This document shows positions 29,304 to 42,227 of a stretch of DNA of 64,000 nucleotides, in pieces (position 1 is the stretch's first letter; every line of letters begins with the position of its first letter). A program made the position numbers and the translations under genes. The stretch spans positions 8,962-72,961 of the forward strand of contig JBILWC010000003.1 in assembly GCA_044370105.1 (NCBI GenBank), written 5' to 3'. The notes beneath the pieces are model-generated. The model saw only the letters and a list, made by a program, of their open reading frames with translations. It ran no database searches and was not told the origin of the DNA. The DNA is from Steroidobacteraceae bacterium. Its GTDB lineage: Bacteria > Pseudomonadota > Gammaproteobacteria > Steroidobacterales > Steroidobacteraceae.

Positions 29304-31067
29304 TTATTCTAGCAGATGGTCGACCAGCAACTGCAGGCGTCGCTCACCGTTCCACTCGTTCACATCGAGCCGATAGACGAGATGTACGTTCTGCGGCAAC
29401 ACCACCGTACCGCCGGCGCCACGCAGCGCGGGTCGACCTTGCAACAAATTGAAGGCGATGGCGTCGAACCGACGTCCGGAGCCCTCGAGCTCCACCCACA
29501 TTTTCACGTGCGTCTCGCCGACGATCCGCGAGCCTTGAACGCGGAAGCGCTGATCAAACGCCGGCTCCGGAAACGCCTGGCCCCAAGGCCCACCCTCACG
29601 CAAGGCTTCGGCGGTGGTGAGCGAAATCTCCTCCGCCCCAAGCTCCCCATCGGTCTCGATGCGATCGGCGAGCGATCCGCCCTGCTGCCATCTTGCGACC
29701 TCCGCATCGAACTCTCTTGCGAAGAGATCGAGCTCGCGGCTCTCGAGCGTGAGCCCCGCCGCCATCGCGTGACCACCGAACTTCGGCAGGAGCCCCGGCC
29801 GCCGCGTCGAAATCGCCTCGAGTACATCGCGCGCATGGACGCCTGTGACCGAGCGCACCGAACCACGCAACTGGCCATCGCCCGCATCAGCAAAGGCGAT
29901 CACCGGCCGTCGGAGGCGATCTTTGATGCGTCCCGCCACGATCCCCACCACACCCTGATGCCAGCTCGGATCGTAGAGACAGAGCCCATGACGAGCGCCG
30001 CTCGCCGCGCCATCACCGCCCACGCCACGACGGGCCAACGCCTCCGGATCTTCGAGATGTCGGACCGCCGCCATCGCTTGCTCCTGCATCGCCGCTTCGA
30101 TCGTCCTGCGCTCTTTGTTGAGCGTATCGAGACGTGCCGCAAGCGCACGCGCCTCGGTCATCGAGTCGGTGAGCAAACAACGGATGCCAAGACTCATGTC
30201 GTCGAGTCGGCCGGCAGCATTGAGACGCGGCCCCGCAACGAACCCGAGATCGGTGGCAATCACGTTCGCGAGCGTCTTGTTGCCCACCTCGAGCAAGGCG
30301 CGCAGCCCCGCCGTGCATCGTCCCGCGCGTATACGCGCTAGCCCCTGCGATACGAGAATGCGGTTGTTGTCATCGAGCGGCACGATGTCGGCGACCGTAC
30401 CGAGCGCCACTAGATCGAGCCACGTCGCCGGCGATGGCAGCGTCGTATCGGCGAGCGCACGATGCAGCGCCGCCATCACGTAGAACGCCACGCCCACGCC
30501 CGCGAGCGCGCGCGATCCGAATCGCGCATCGGGGAGATTCGGGTTGACGATGACGTTGGCGGCAGGCAACTCCGCACCCGCGAGATGATGATCGGTGACG
30601 AGCACGTCGATCCCGAACTGCCGCGCGGCCACGACCCCAGGCAGGCTCGAAATCCCGTTATCGACCGTGATGATGAGCGCGGGATTTTGTTGAGCGGCGA
30701 GCGCCACGATCTCCGGGGTGAGGCCGTACCCGAATTCGAAACGGTTCGGCACCAGAAAATCGACGTCGGCAAAGCCCCAAGCGCGCAGACAGCGCACGAT
30801 GAGCGCCGAGCTCGTCGCACCGTCGGCATCGAAATCACCGATGACCAGAATTCTTCGGCCGCTGCGACGATGCGCCAGCAACAACTCGACGGCGGCATCG
30901 ATCCCGTCGAGCGTGCCGACGGGCAGCAAACGATCGAGCCCGGTCCGCAGTCTCGAAGGATCATCGATGCCGCGTGCCGCATAGGCGCGGGCCAGCACCG
31001 GATTGAGCGCGCTCAAACGCCGAGCGATGTCCTCATCGACGGTGCGGCGAGTGACCTTGAGCGTCAT
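29304..31067 (-). CDS. recJ: Single-stranded-DNA-specific exonuclease RecJ
   Basis: Track ORF 29304..31151 trimmed to MTLKVTRRTVDEDIARRL (codon 29). DHH motifs VIGDFDADGATS, VTDHH, GGHAMAAG. Confidence 0.96.
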   Translation of the reverse strand: MTLKVTRRTVDEDIARRLSALNPVLARAYAARGIDDPSRLRTGLDRLLPVGTLDGIDAAVELLLAHRRSGRRILVIGDFDADGATSSALIVRCLRAWGFADVDFLVPNRFEFGYGLTPEIVALAAQQNPALIITVDNGISSLPGVVAARQFGIDVLVTDHHLAGAELPAANVIVNPNLPDARFGSRALAGVGVAFYVMAALHRALADTTLPSPATWLDLVALGTVADIVPLDDNNRILVSQGLARIRAGRCTAGLRALLEVGNKTLANVIATDLGFVAGPRLNAAGRLDDMSLGIRCLLTDSMTEARALAARLDTLNKERRTIEAAMQEQAMAAVRHLEDPEALARRGVGGDGAASGARHGLCLYDPSWHQGVVGIVAGRIKDRLRRPVIAFADAGDGQLRGSVRSVTGVHARDVLEAISTRRPGLLPKFGGHAMAAGLTLESRELDLFAREFDAEVARWQQGGSLADRIETDGELGAEEISLTTAEALREGGPWGQAFPEPAFDQRFRVQGSRIVGETHVKMWVELEGSGRRFDAIAFNLLQGRPALRGAGGTVVLPQNVHLVYRLDVNEWNGERRLQLLVDHLLE

Positions 31068-32089
31068 GGTCCACCGTCCGCGACGGCTGAAAAAACCGTT
31101 CGATGGGGTCGCCACACCCGATAGCGATCGCCCGGATCCACCGAGGCCCAACGATCATTCGCCGCTACCGTGAAGCGCCCGAGTCGACCCTCCCGCAACG
31201 CGCGCACGACTGGTGCGACCCAGGATTGATCAAAATATTCCGCATCGACACCCGAGATCGGTGCAATCACGAGCAACGACTCGTCATCGCTCGCGGCGCT
31301 CGTATCGCCGAAGATTTCATTGATGGACTTGGGCAACGGCGAGACCGGCACATCCGAGAGACGACCGAGTGCGCGCGCCCAAACATCGTCCGTCACCATG
31401 CGCGACCAGCGCGAAGCGCCGCGAGTGGGGCTCAAGGGATCGCGTGGCGGCTGACCCCCACCCCATAGCCATAAACTGCTGATGCCGGGCTCCCCGCGCA
31501 ATTCGCGCCGGCGATTGAGCGGCAAAGCGTGCAGCCACATTTCGATTTCGCTCGCGAGTGCGCGCAATTCGGCGCTGCCCGCGCCACTCGGCAGATGCGT
31601 CTCGAGCGAGTCGCCGATGAGTCGCGCCGGTTCCACCGTCAGCGCACCCGAAGCCATCACGCCTCGCAACACGAAACCCGCAGCACCCGCCGGACGAAGC
31701 GCGAGACCCTCCTCACCAAAAGTCGTCGCGAAAGCCGCCACGAGTTCGTTCGCCTCGTCCTCGGATAGGCGCAAAACGCCGTTGGCTGGAAAGTGCACCG
31801 TCTTGAGGCCCGCCATCAGATGCACGGGCGTCGCGATCCAAGCATCGACCCTGTCGTCATGATCGCCATCGATCGTCTCGTCGAGCCGCAAGGCCGCATC
31901 GATCACACTCGCCTCGTCGACGATCGTCAGGTCTTCGCGCCCCACACCTCGAGCGACCGTCCCACGCCAACCCCCGCGCATCAAATGCGGCGCAGCAAAA
32001 CGCAGCGAGGTGAGCGACGCACCGGCCGATGAGGTCGGAGCCGCTCCACGCAGGAAAAGATCAGGGAGGACGAGCACGAGTTCGCGCAC
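31064..32089 (-). CDS. Conserved protein of unknown biochemical function, RpfE-type
   Basis: 341 aa, ATGA overlap with the recJ start. The motif LHALPLNRRRELRGEPGISSLWLWGGG and the position next to recJ-prfB-lysS match my recollection of Xanthomonas campestris RpfE. Not verified by search. Confidence 0.5.
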   Translation of the reverse strand: MRELVLVLPDLFLRGAAPTSSAGASLTSLRFAAPHLMRGGWRGTVARGVGREDLTIVDEASVIDAALRLDETIDGDHDDRVDAWIATPVHLMAGLKTVHFPANGVLRLSEDEANELVAAFATTFGEEGLALRPAGAAGFVLRGVMASGALTVEPARLIGDSLETHLPSGAGSAELRALASEIEMWLHALPLNRRRELRGEPGISSLWLWGGGQPPRDPLSPTRGASRWSRMVTDDVWARALGRLSDVPVSPLPKSINEIFGDTSAASDDESLLVIAPISGVDAEYFDQSWVAPVVRALREGRLGRFTVAANDRWASVDPGDRYRVWRPHRTVFSAVADGGP

Positions 32090-32109
32090 ATCGCGTATGT
32101 TATCGGAGC

Positions 32110-32487
32110 ATGAGACTCACCGTGACGCCGACTGGCCCCGCCCTGCTCATCCGCAGTTACGCGGAGGGTACCCTCCGCGTCGGCGATACCGCCTGGCAAA
32201 GCGCCGTGCTGCTCGCGAGCAGCGGACTGCAAGCCGAACTGCGGCCCCAATCCCCCGCCGAACTCGAAGAGCGCGACCTCGAACCCGTTTTCGTCGAAAA
32301 ACCCGAGGTCGTCGTGATCGGCTGGGCCGGTGGTCAGACCTTTTTGCCCACCGCACAACGACGCTGGTTCCTCGAGCGCCAGATCGGACTCGAAGTCATG
32401 GAACTCGGCGCAGCCTGCCGGACGTACAACGTGTTGATTGGGGATGGGAGGCGAGTCGTCGCTCTGCTATTCCCGCGCTCCACCTGA
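32110..32487 (+). CDS. Mth938-like domain protein (DUF498 family)
   Basis: Track ORF 32029..32487 trimmed to MRLTVTPTG (codon 28). EVVVIGWAGGQTFLP...LGLEVMELGAACRTYNVLIGDGRRVVALL is typical of the Mth938/NDUFAF3-like fold. Confidence 0.8.
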   Translation: MRLTVTPTGPALLIRSYAEGTLRVGDTAWQSAVLLASSGLQAELRPQSPAELEERDLEPVFVEKPEVVVIGWAGGQTFLPTAQRRWFLERQIGLEVMELGAACRTYNVLIGDGRRVVALLFPRST

Positions 32488-32525
32488 CCGATCTCAACCC
32501 GGGCGCGCACCTGAATCCCGTCCGC

Positions 32526-32827
32526 GGGGACGCAAGAGCACCTCCCTGTGGGCTCGCGCGCGCCATCCCTAGCGCGCGACGCCCCGCTCCCGGGCTTCAG
32601 GCACGCGCCCCCGATGAACTCGGGAAGAGGGAGAGATTGGGTTCGAAAGAAGAGTTAAGAACAAGAAAACAAAAAATTCGGCTCTGATCCGAATGAACCC
32701 TCCTCATGTTCGTGATCCGCGACGTCGCATCGATGGAGCGGCCCGGGTTTCGTTGGTCACATGAAGGGGCGTCGCGCGCCAGGGATGGCGCGCGCCGAGC
32801 TCACAGGGATGTGGTTTTCGCGTCCCC
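32526..32827. repeat. 302-bp element with ~60-bp imperfect terminal inverted repeats and an AT-rich core (MITE-like, or a long-hairpin RNA locus)
   Basis: Left arm 32526-32585 is GGGGACGCAAGAGCACCTCCCTGTGGGCTCGCGCGCGCCATCCCTAGCGCGCGACGCCCC. The reverse complement of the right arm 32766-32827 is GGGGACGCGAAAACCACATCCCTGTGAGCTCGGCGCGCGCCATCCCTGGCGCGCGACGCCCC, about 56 of 63 aligned positions identical by hand. Each arm holds its own GCGCGCCA-N4-TGGCGCGC hairpin. The core (about 32620-32715) is A/T-rich. Confidence 0.65.
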
Positions 32828-32866
32828 TTCTTGGGGCCAACGGAATACGGGACGCTCAGCCGTCGC

Positions 32867-33541
32867 TCAGGTCGCGGTCACGACTCCAGCTTGTAGCGGC
32901 ACAAACGACACCATCCCAAGCTTCTCCTTCTCGTACCCCTGCTCGCGTCGCGTAATACGCAGGAGCTCCTGTTTGCCCTCGCCGCCTACGGGCATGACGA
33001 GACGCCCGCCCACGGCGAGCTGCTTGAGCAAGGCATCGGGCACGGTCATCGGCGCCGCGGCGACGAGGATGCCGTCATAGGGCGCGTGCGATTTCCATCC
33101 CTCGTACCCGTCGCCGTGTCGAAACTTCACGTTCTTGATACCGAGTTCTTTGAGCCGCAGCTTCGCTCGTGCGAGCAACGGCTCGATGCGCTCGATGGTG
33201 CAGAGCTTAGGGACGAGGCTCGACAGCACGGCCGTTTGATAACCGCAGCCCGTGCCGACTTCGAGCACGTTCTCGCGCGGTCCACCGTCAAGCAAGGCCT
33301 CTGTCATGCGCGCCACGATGTAGGGCTGCGAAATCGTCTGCCCGAATCCGATCGGTAAGGCTGTGTCCTCATAAGCTCGACTCGCGAGCGCCTCGTCGAC
33401 GAACAAATGTCGCGGCACGTTGCGGATGCGCTCGAGCACGGCAGGCAATTTGACACCCTGCTCCATCAGTCGCTGCACCAACCGCTCGCGGGTGCGCGCC
33501 GAGGTCATGCCGATACCGCTGATCCGCGAGTCCATCATCAA
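32867..33541 (-). CDS. pcm: Protein-L-isoaspartate O-methyltransferase
   Basis: 224 aa. [12 protein letters not shown] and SAM motif [15 protein letters not shown]. Confidence 0.96.
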   Translation of the reverse strand: MMMDSRISGIGMTSARTRERLVQRLMEQGVKLPAVLERIRNVPRHLFVDEALASRAYEDTALPIGFGQTISQPYIVARMTEALLDGGPRENVLEVGTGCGYQTAVLSSLVPKLCTIERIEPLLARAKLRLKELGIKNVKFRHGDGYEGWKSHAPYDGILVAAAPMTVPDALLKQLAVGGRLVMPVGGEGKQELLRITRREQGYEKEKLGMVSFVPLQAGVVTAT

Positions 33542-34293
33542 GCAAGGCCCTGCAGCCAGTCGCGCACGGTATCGAGCGCCGCGTGGCGCGTGAGATCGAC
33601 CTGCAGCGGCGTCACCGAGACATAGCCTTCGGCCACCGCATTGAAATCGGTGCCCACACCATCGTCCTGACCTTCACCCGCCATACCGACCCAGTACACC
33701 TCACGTCCGCGCGGATCCATGCTCTTGACCGAACGCTCGGCGCGATGACGATGTCCGAGGCGCGTCGACTTGAAGCCCTTGAGTTCGTTGAACGGGCGAT
33801 GTGGCACATTGACGTTGAGGATCATGTTGCGATCGAGCGGATGCGTGAGCAGTCGCTGCACGATGAGTCTTGCGACCTTGGCTGCTGCCGAATAATCCAT
33901 GTCCCCTTTCTCGGGCCGCCGCAACGAGAACGCGACGGTCGGCAACCCGAGAAAACGCCCTTCGATGGCCGCCGCGACGGTGCCCGAGTAGAGCACGTCA
34001 TCGCCCAGGTTCTCGCCGTTGTTGATCCCTGAGACGACCATGTCGTGCTCGAAATCGAAGAGCCCGGAGATGGCGAGGTGCACGCAATCGGTCGGCGTGC
34101 CCGTCACGAAATGGCAGTTCGGCTCGAACTCGGTGACCCGCAGCGGGTGCTCGAGCGTGAGCGCATTGCTGGCACCGCTGTGGTTACGCTCCGGGGCGAC
34201 CACGGTAAGTTCGGCGAGACCCGTGAGCGCCTGACGCAGGGCAATGATGCCCGGCGCCCGATACCCATCGTCGTTGCTCACGAGGATTTTCAT
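33538..34293 (-). CDS. surE: 5'/3'-nucleotidase SurE
   Basis: Track ORF 33538..34569 trimmed to [16 protein letters not shown] (codon 93). [22 protein letters not shown]. Confidence 0.96.
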   Translation of the reverse strand: MKILVSNDDGYRAPGIIALRQALTGLAELTVVAPERNHSGASNALTLEHPLRVTEFEPNCHFVTGTPTDCVHLAISGLFDFEHDMVVSGINNGENLGDDVLYSGTVAAAIEGRFLGLPTVAFSLRRPEKGDMDYSAAAKVARLIVQRLLTHPLDRNMILNVNVPHRPFNELKGFKSTRLGHRHRAERSVKSMDPRGREVYWVGMAGEGQDDGVGTDFNAVAEGYVSVTPLQVDLTRHAALDTVRDWLQGLA

Positions 34294-34304
34294 CGAGCTG
34301 TGTC

Positions 34305-34354
34305 TTGGAGACCTGTGGAGTCGGACAATATACTGAAACCTCGGATTCCGAGGT
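34305..34354 (+). promoter_or_regulatory. Candidate sigma-70 promoter and leader hairpin for smr
   Basis: TTGGAG (34305-34310), 18 nt, TATACT (34329-34334), then a 7-bp hairpin ACCTCGG-ATT-CCGAGGT (34338-34354) ending 6 nt before the ATG at 34361. Confidence 0.3.
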
Positions 34355-34360
34355 AGCAGG

Positions 34361-34894
34361 ATGCGCAAGCCCTCAGAGGATGACATTCGGGCGTTTCGCG
34401 ACGCGGTGAAAGGAGCTCGCCCGCTGAGCGCCACGCCGCGCGTGCGGCCGAATCGCCCCAAACCCAAGCCCCGCGCACGTTTTCGTCGTCTCGGCGAGGC
34501 CGAGGTGCTCGAAGACAGTCTGCAGCTGAGCCCCATCGACCTCGAAGTCGAGTTCGGCGAGGAACTCACCTACCGCCGATCGGGAATCCAGGACGCCGTG
34601 ATGCGACGGCTGCGCCGTGGCTATTACCGCGTCGAATCGGAGCTCGACCTGCACGGCCTCACCGTCCCGGAGGCCAAGAGCGCGATGCGTGATTTCCTCG
34701 CACGCGCGATCGCCAGACAGTGTCGTTGCGTGCGCGTGATCCACGGCAAGGGCTTGGGCTCAGGACCGCGTGGTCCCGTGATCAAGCAATCGGTGAACGT
34801 GATCTTGCGACGCACCGACGCGGTCGTCGCCTTTTGCACGGCCCGACCCGTCGACGGCGGCACGGGCGCCATCTACGTGCTGCTGAAAAGCTAA
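34361..34894 (+). CDS. Smr/MutS2-type endonuclease domain protein (SmrA-like)
   Basis: 177 aa. The C-terminal Smr domain reads ELDLHGLTVPEAKSAMRDFL...VRVIHGKGLGS...GGTGAIYVLL. Confidence 0.85.
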   Translation: MRKPSEDDIRAFRDAVKGARPLSATPRVRPNRPKPKPRARFRRLGEAEVLEDSLQLSPIDLEVEFGEELTYRRSGIQDAVMRRLRRGYYRVESELDLHGLTVPEAKSAMRDFLARAIARQCRCVRVIHGKGLGSGPRGPVIKQSVNVILRRTDAVVAFCTARPVDGGTGAIYVLLKS

Positions 34895-34924
34895 GCCGCC
34901 GCAACCGCACGATGGCATCGACGT

Positions 34925-34955
34925 GATGACGTCATCGCAGCGACGTCATCGCAGC
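34925..34955. repeat. 12-bp perfect palindrome overlapping a 14-bp tandem direct repeat in a convergent intergenic gap
   Basis: GATGACGTCATC (34925-34936). GACGTCATCGCAGC occurs twice in tandem (34928-34941 and 34942-34955), followed by the partial copy AACGTCA that abuts the stop at 34960. Confidence 0.6.
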
Positions 34956-34959
34956 AACG

Positions 34960-35727
34960 TCAACGCGGTGCGAGCAACCTCGCCATGCGCTCGCGCGTTT
35001 CGTCGGTCACCCAGCCTTCGGCCATCAGCGACTCGAGTGATTCTGGCGGCGAATCGAATAGCCGTCGCAGATCGGCACGAACGAGATTACGCGTGCGGGC
35101 ATAGGTCTTGGGCGGCAAAGCGATGAGCTCTTGGGCGAGCGCGACGGCTCGCGTCACCACCTGATCAGGCGCGACCACCTCATCGACGAGCCCCGCCTCC
35201 TGCGCTTCGTCGCTGCGGAGCATGACGCCGCGCGGCAATAGCGCCGCCGCACGTCGAGTGCCGACGAGCCGCTCGTACACGCGATAGATGAGCTCGCCCG
35301 GGTACAGCCCGACCTGCACTTCGTTGAGTCCGATCCGAAACTCTCCGGCGGACATGATTCGGTAATCGCAGAGCACCGCAATCACGGCACCCCCTGCAGG
35401 GCTGTGGCCCGTGATGGCGGCGATGATCGGCAGCGTCGAATCGACGAGTCGTCGCTGCAGCGCCGCGAACGCGAGCACCAAGCCTTTCGCCGAGGTCTCG
35501 CCTGCCGTCACCTCACGCACGTCGAGGCCCGCACAAAAAAGCCCGGGCGATCCCGAGATCACGATCGCTCTGGGCGCCGTAGTCGCCTGAGCGGAATCTG
35601 CCGACGCTGCCATCGCCTCGGCAATTTTTTGATCGAGCGCCTCGATGAGGGCGCGGTTGAGCGCGTTGACGGGCGGTCGCGCCAAGCGCAACTCGCGCAC
35701 GCGTCCGTGATCGTTGACCTCAATCAT
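34960..35727 (-). CDS. Enoyl-CoA hydratase/isomerase (crotonase) family protein
   Basis: Track ORF 34960..35793 trimmed to [23 protein letters not shown] (codon 23). Oxyanion-hole region FCAGLDV and AITGHSPAGGAVIAVLCDYRI. Confidence 0.85.
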   Translation of the reverse strand: MIEVNDHGRVRELRLARPPVNALNRALIEALDQKIAEAMAASADSAQATTAPRAIVISGSPGLFCAGLDVREVTAGETSAKGLVLAFAALQRRLVDSTLPIIAAITGHSPAGGAVIAVLCDYRIMSAGEFRIGLNEVQVGLYPGELIYRVYERLVGTRRAAALLPRGVMLRSDEAQEAGLVDEVVAPDQVVTRAVALAQELIALPPKTYARTRNLVRADLRRLFDSPPESLESLMAEGWVTDETRERMARLLAPR

Positions 35728-36811
35728 GTTCGTCCTCCGAATGACCGGCGGCATTCTCGACATCGAGCAGTTCGCGCAACACCGCCGTCGCAAAACTGCC
35801 CGGACGCAGCCTGAAACTCAAGCGCGCCGTGCGCGTGGGCTGCAGCCACTCGAGCGAGAGATCACGTACCGCCACACGCAGCGGCCGACGCCCGGGCTCG
35901 ACTCTCGCCTCACCGAGCGGGCCCACGAACTCCGGGAACCGCTCGAGCACCTCGGCTTCGAGCGCCGCGATCTCGCCCGCGATACCGCTCTCGCCCGCGC
36001 CGAAGAGCGGGCCGGTGGGGTGGATGTCGAGCATCGCGAGCCGCGAATGAATCGTCTCGTCCACGGTGTCGACCAGGAACGTCGAATTGCGTCCATCGAG
36101 GTTCGCGCGCTCGCCGAGCTTGAGCTCGACCCAGCTGCCGCGCTCGACGCGCTCGGCAAGCACCGCATTGAAGAGCAGCGCACGCATCGCAGACCAGACG
36201 AGCCCCTGCCCGCCACGGCCGCCCTCGCCGCGACCGCCCTCGCCACGGCCGCCCTCGCCGCGACGCAGGTTCGACAACTCGCGTCCGAAGCGCTGCGGAC
36301 CAAAATAATTGGGAACGCCTGTTCGAGCGATTTCATTGACTCGCCGCTCGAGCAACGCCGCATCGCCCTCGAACTCACGCAGCAATATTTTGAAGGTGTT
36401 TCCGGCAAGCGCACCACGCGGCAACTTGCGGTTGTGCACGTGCGCCTCGATGACCTCATACCCCTCGCCCTGCACGCCGACCCAGTCGGCCGGTGTGCGG
36501 GTCTCGCCCGAGCGGCCGCGCGACGGGACGGTGAACCACTGCGTCGTCACCGCATGTCGATCTTTGAGGCCGGCATAACCCACATCGAAATCACGAACCC
36601 CGATGCTGCGCGCGAGTTCGCGCGCGACCCAACCGGTATTCGCATTGCGTTTGCGCACACGCAGCAGAAGATGCGGACCCTGCCCGGCCGCTTCGAATCC
36701 GAGATCTTCGATGACCTCGAAATCTTCGGGCTGCAGACGGATGCGCGCACGACCCGCGACGGGCTCCACCGCGCGCGGCGACGCGAGCGCAAAACGTTCG
36801 ACGGGCGTCAC
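35720..36811 (-). CDS. truD: tRNA pseudouridine(13) synthase TruD
   Basis: 363 aa. [12 protein letters not shown], catalytic-Asp region [27 protein letters not shown]. Confidence 0.93.
   Translation of the reverse strand: MTPVERFALASPRAVEPVAGRARIRLQPEDFEVIEDLGFEAAGQGPHLLLRVRKRNANTGWVARELARSIGVRDFDVGYAGLKDRHAVTTQWFTVPSRGRSGETRTPADWVGVQGEGYEVIEAHVHNRKLPRGALAGNTFKILLREFEGDAALLERRVNEIARTGVPNYFGPQRFGRELSNLRRGEGGRGEGGRGEGGRGGQGLVWSAMRALLFNAVLAERVERGSWVELKLGERANLDGRNSTFLVDTVDETIHSRLAMLDIHPTGPLFGAGESGIAGEIAALEAEVLERFPEFVGPLGEARVEPGRRPLRVAVRDLSLEWLQPTRTARLSFRLRPGSFATAVLRELLDVENAAGHSEDEHD
36211..36264 (-). repeat. In-frame 15-bp tandem repeat (about 3.6 copies) inside truD
   Basis: CGCCACGGCCGCCCT / CGCCGCGACCGCCCT / CGCCACGGCCGCCCT / CGCCGCGAC on the plus strand. 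Encodes [21 protein letters not shown]. Confidence 0.85.
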
Positions 36812-37284
36812 GCGCGTGCGATCAGAACGACCGCCTCGGCTGCCAGACCTTCACGACGACCGAGATAACCCATTTTCTCGGTGGTGGTCGCCTTGAGGTT
36901 GACGGCGTCGGCCGCGACGCCGAGCAGCGTCGCGATGGAAGTGCGAATGTGATCGCGGTGCGCCGAGAGTCGCGGCGCCTCGCAAAGTAACGTGAGATCG
37001 GCATTGACGATCGAGTAACCCCGCTCGCGCAGCAACGTCACGGCGTGGGTGACGAAGCGGTCGCTCGACGCGCCCCGCCACTGCGGGTCGCTATCGGGAA
37101 AATGTTGACCGATGTCACCAAGCCCCGCCGCACCGAGCAGCGCATCGCAGAGCGCATGCAGCAACACATCCCCATCGGAATGCGCGACGACACCCTGGGA
37201 GTGCGGTACGCGTACCCCGCCGAGCATCACGTGATCGCCCGGCCCGAAGGCGTGAACATCAAACCCTGATCCGACCCGCATCAC
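36808..37284 (-). CDS. ispF: 2-C-methyl-D-erythritol 2,4-cyclodiphosphate synthase
   Basis: 158 aa. [27 protein letters not shown]. Confidence 0.97.
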   Translation of the reverse strand: MMRVGSGFDVHAFGPGDHVMLGGVRVPHSQGVVAHSDGDVLLHALCDALLGAAGLGDIGQHFPDSDPQWRGASSDRFVTHAVTLLRERGYSIVNADLTLLCEAPRLSAHRDHIRTSIATLLGVAADAVNLKATTTEKMGYLGRREGLAAEAVVLIARA

Positions 37285-38033
37285 CGTGCTCCTCCGACCG
37301 AACTCGCCCGCGCGCGCAGTATGCCCTCAGCGAGCGCCAGATCGGCCATGGTCGTCACTTTGAGATTGGTGGACTCGCCGACGATCAACCGCGGACTCGC
37401 ACCGATCCACTCCATCGCCTGCGCTTCGTCGGTCGGCACACGCCCCGCTGCAGCCGCCGCCCGCAAGGCCGACAGCAACGCGCCGAGCCGGAACATCTGC
37501 GGCGTGAGCGCACGCCAGAGCCCATCGCGCGAGACCGTCTCGACACTCACGACCCCCGCGCCCTGCGCGCCGCCGCGCTTGAGCGTATCGGCGAGCGGCA
37601 TCGCGAGCAGTCCCCCCGCCAAGGCCGAAGCCGACGTGCCGTCTTCCCGCGCGACGCCGTGACGCAGCGCCGCGATTTCCGCTGGCGTCACGCAAGGCCG
37701 CGCCGCATCGTGCACGAGCACCCAATCCGCGTCGCTCGCACCCTGCGCGCGAAGCGTCTCGAGCGCACCGCGCACCGAATCACTACGCTCGGCACCACCC
37801 GGCGCCTCGATCACGGGACACGCGAACCGCGCTCGAATCGCAGGCCAATGCGTATCGCCCGCAGCCAGCGCAATGACGAGTCCGCGACACGCCGAGTCCG
37901 AGGCGAAGGGATGCAAGGCCCACTCGATGAGCGTACGGCCCGCGATGGGCAAATATTGTTTGGGGAGATCGGCGCCGAGCCGCTGGCCCCGCCCGGCCGC
38001 CGGCATGACGAGCCAGTAGTGCGGGTCGCTCAA
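37281..38033 (-). CDS. ispD: 2-C-methyl-D-erythritol 4-phosphate cytidylyltransferase
   Basis: 250 aa. [30 protein letters not shown]. Confidence 0.95.
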   Translation of the reverse strand: MSDPHYWLVMPAAGRGQRLGADLPKQYLPIAGRTLIEWALHPFASDSACRGLVIALAAGDTHWPAIRARFACPVIEAPGGAERSDSVRGALETLRAQGASDADWVLVHDAARPCVTPAEIAALRHGVAREDGTSASALAGGLLAMPLADTLKRGGAQGAGVVSVETVSRDGLWRALTPQMFRLGALLSALRAAAAAGRVPTDEAQAMEWIGASPRLIVGESTNLKVTTMADLALAEGILRARASSVGGAR

Positions 38034-38043
38034 GACGAGAAAC

Positions 38044-38376
38044 TCAGCGCTGCGCCGTGCGCGTGGTCGGCGCGTCGCGCGATTCGGCAGGCGTCGAGAC
38101 GACCTTGGGCACGACCTGATAGAAGGATTCGCCGGTCGCGATCATGCCGAGTTCGCTGCGAGCCCGCTCTTCGATGGCGGTGAGACCGCTCTTGAGATCG
38201 GCGACCTCGGCGGCCAGCTGCTCGTTGCGGCGTCGGAGTTCGGAGTTGGTTTCGGCCTGTTGATCGACGGCCTGGCGCAGTCTGTAGGCTTCGCGGACGC
38301 CGTCGTCGGACAACCAGATGCGGTACTGGAGCAGCACCGTCAGGCAAACCAACACGCCGGCGAACCATTTCGTCAT
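38044..38376 (-). CDS. ftsB: Cell division protein FtsB
   Basis: Track ORF 38044..38406 trimmed to MTKWFAGVLVCLTVLL (codon 11). Single TM plus coiled coil, ERARSELGMIATGESFYQVV. Confidence 0.9.
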   Translation of the reverse strand: MTKWFAGVLVCLTVLLQYRIWLSDDGVREAYRLRQAVDQQAETNSELRRRNEQLAAEVADLKSGLTAIEERARSELGMIATGESFYQVVPKVVSTPAESRDAPTTRTAQR

Positions 38377-38425
38377 TGGCGACGAATGGTAATCCTGCGA
38401 TGACACAAAAGAAACCCCTTCTCGT

Positions 38426-42227
<3,802 letters not shown>

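Noticed and set aside
32597-32707. 36-codon minus-strand ORF (MRRVHSDQSRIFCFLVLNSS...) in the AT-rich core of the inverted-repeat element.
   Set aside because: No Shine-Dalgarno sequence upstream, very short, and no recognisable motif. It is more likely chance within AT-rich sequence. It would only merit attention if Ribo-seq shows translation.
32521-32832. Target-site duplication flanking the inverted-repeat element, which would prove transposition.
   Set aside because: The 5-mers immediately outside the GGGG/CCCC ends are TCCGC and TTCTT, so there is no duplication. Weaker inverted similarity further out (32511-32523 versus 32842-32859) may be chance in GC-rich DNA. Mobility therefore remains unproven.
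32010-33080. Plus-strand ORFs 32010..32687 (225 aa) and 32706..33080 (124 aa) spanning the inverted-repeat element.
   Set aside because: The first is out of frame with and overlaps the Mth938-like gene and runs through the repeat arms. The second is antisense to pcm. Both have Arg/Pro/Ala-rich nonsense composition.
36211-36264. Possibility that the short tandem repeats (truD 36211-36264, recO 13958-14027) are a CRISPR array or other non-coding repeats.
   Set aside because: The units are 15-18 bp, directly adjacent with no spacers, in frame within conserved genes, and there are no cas genes in the window.
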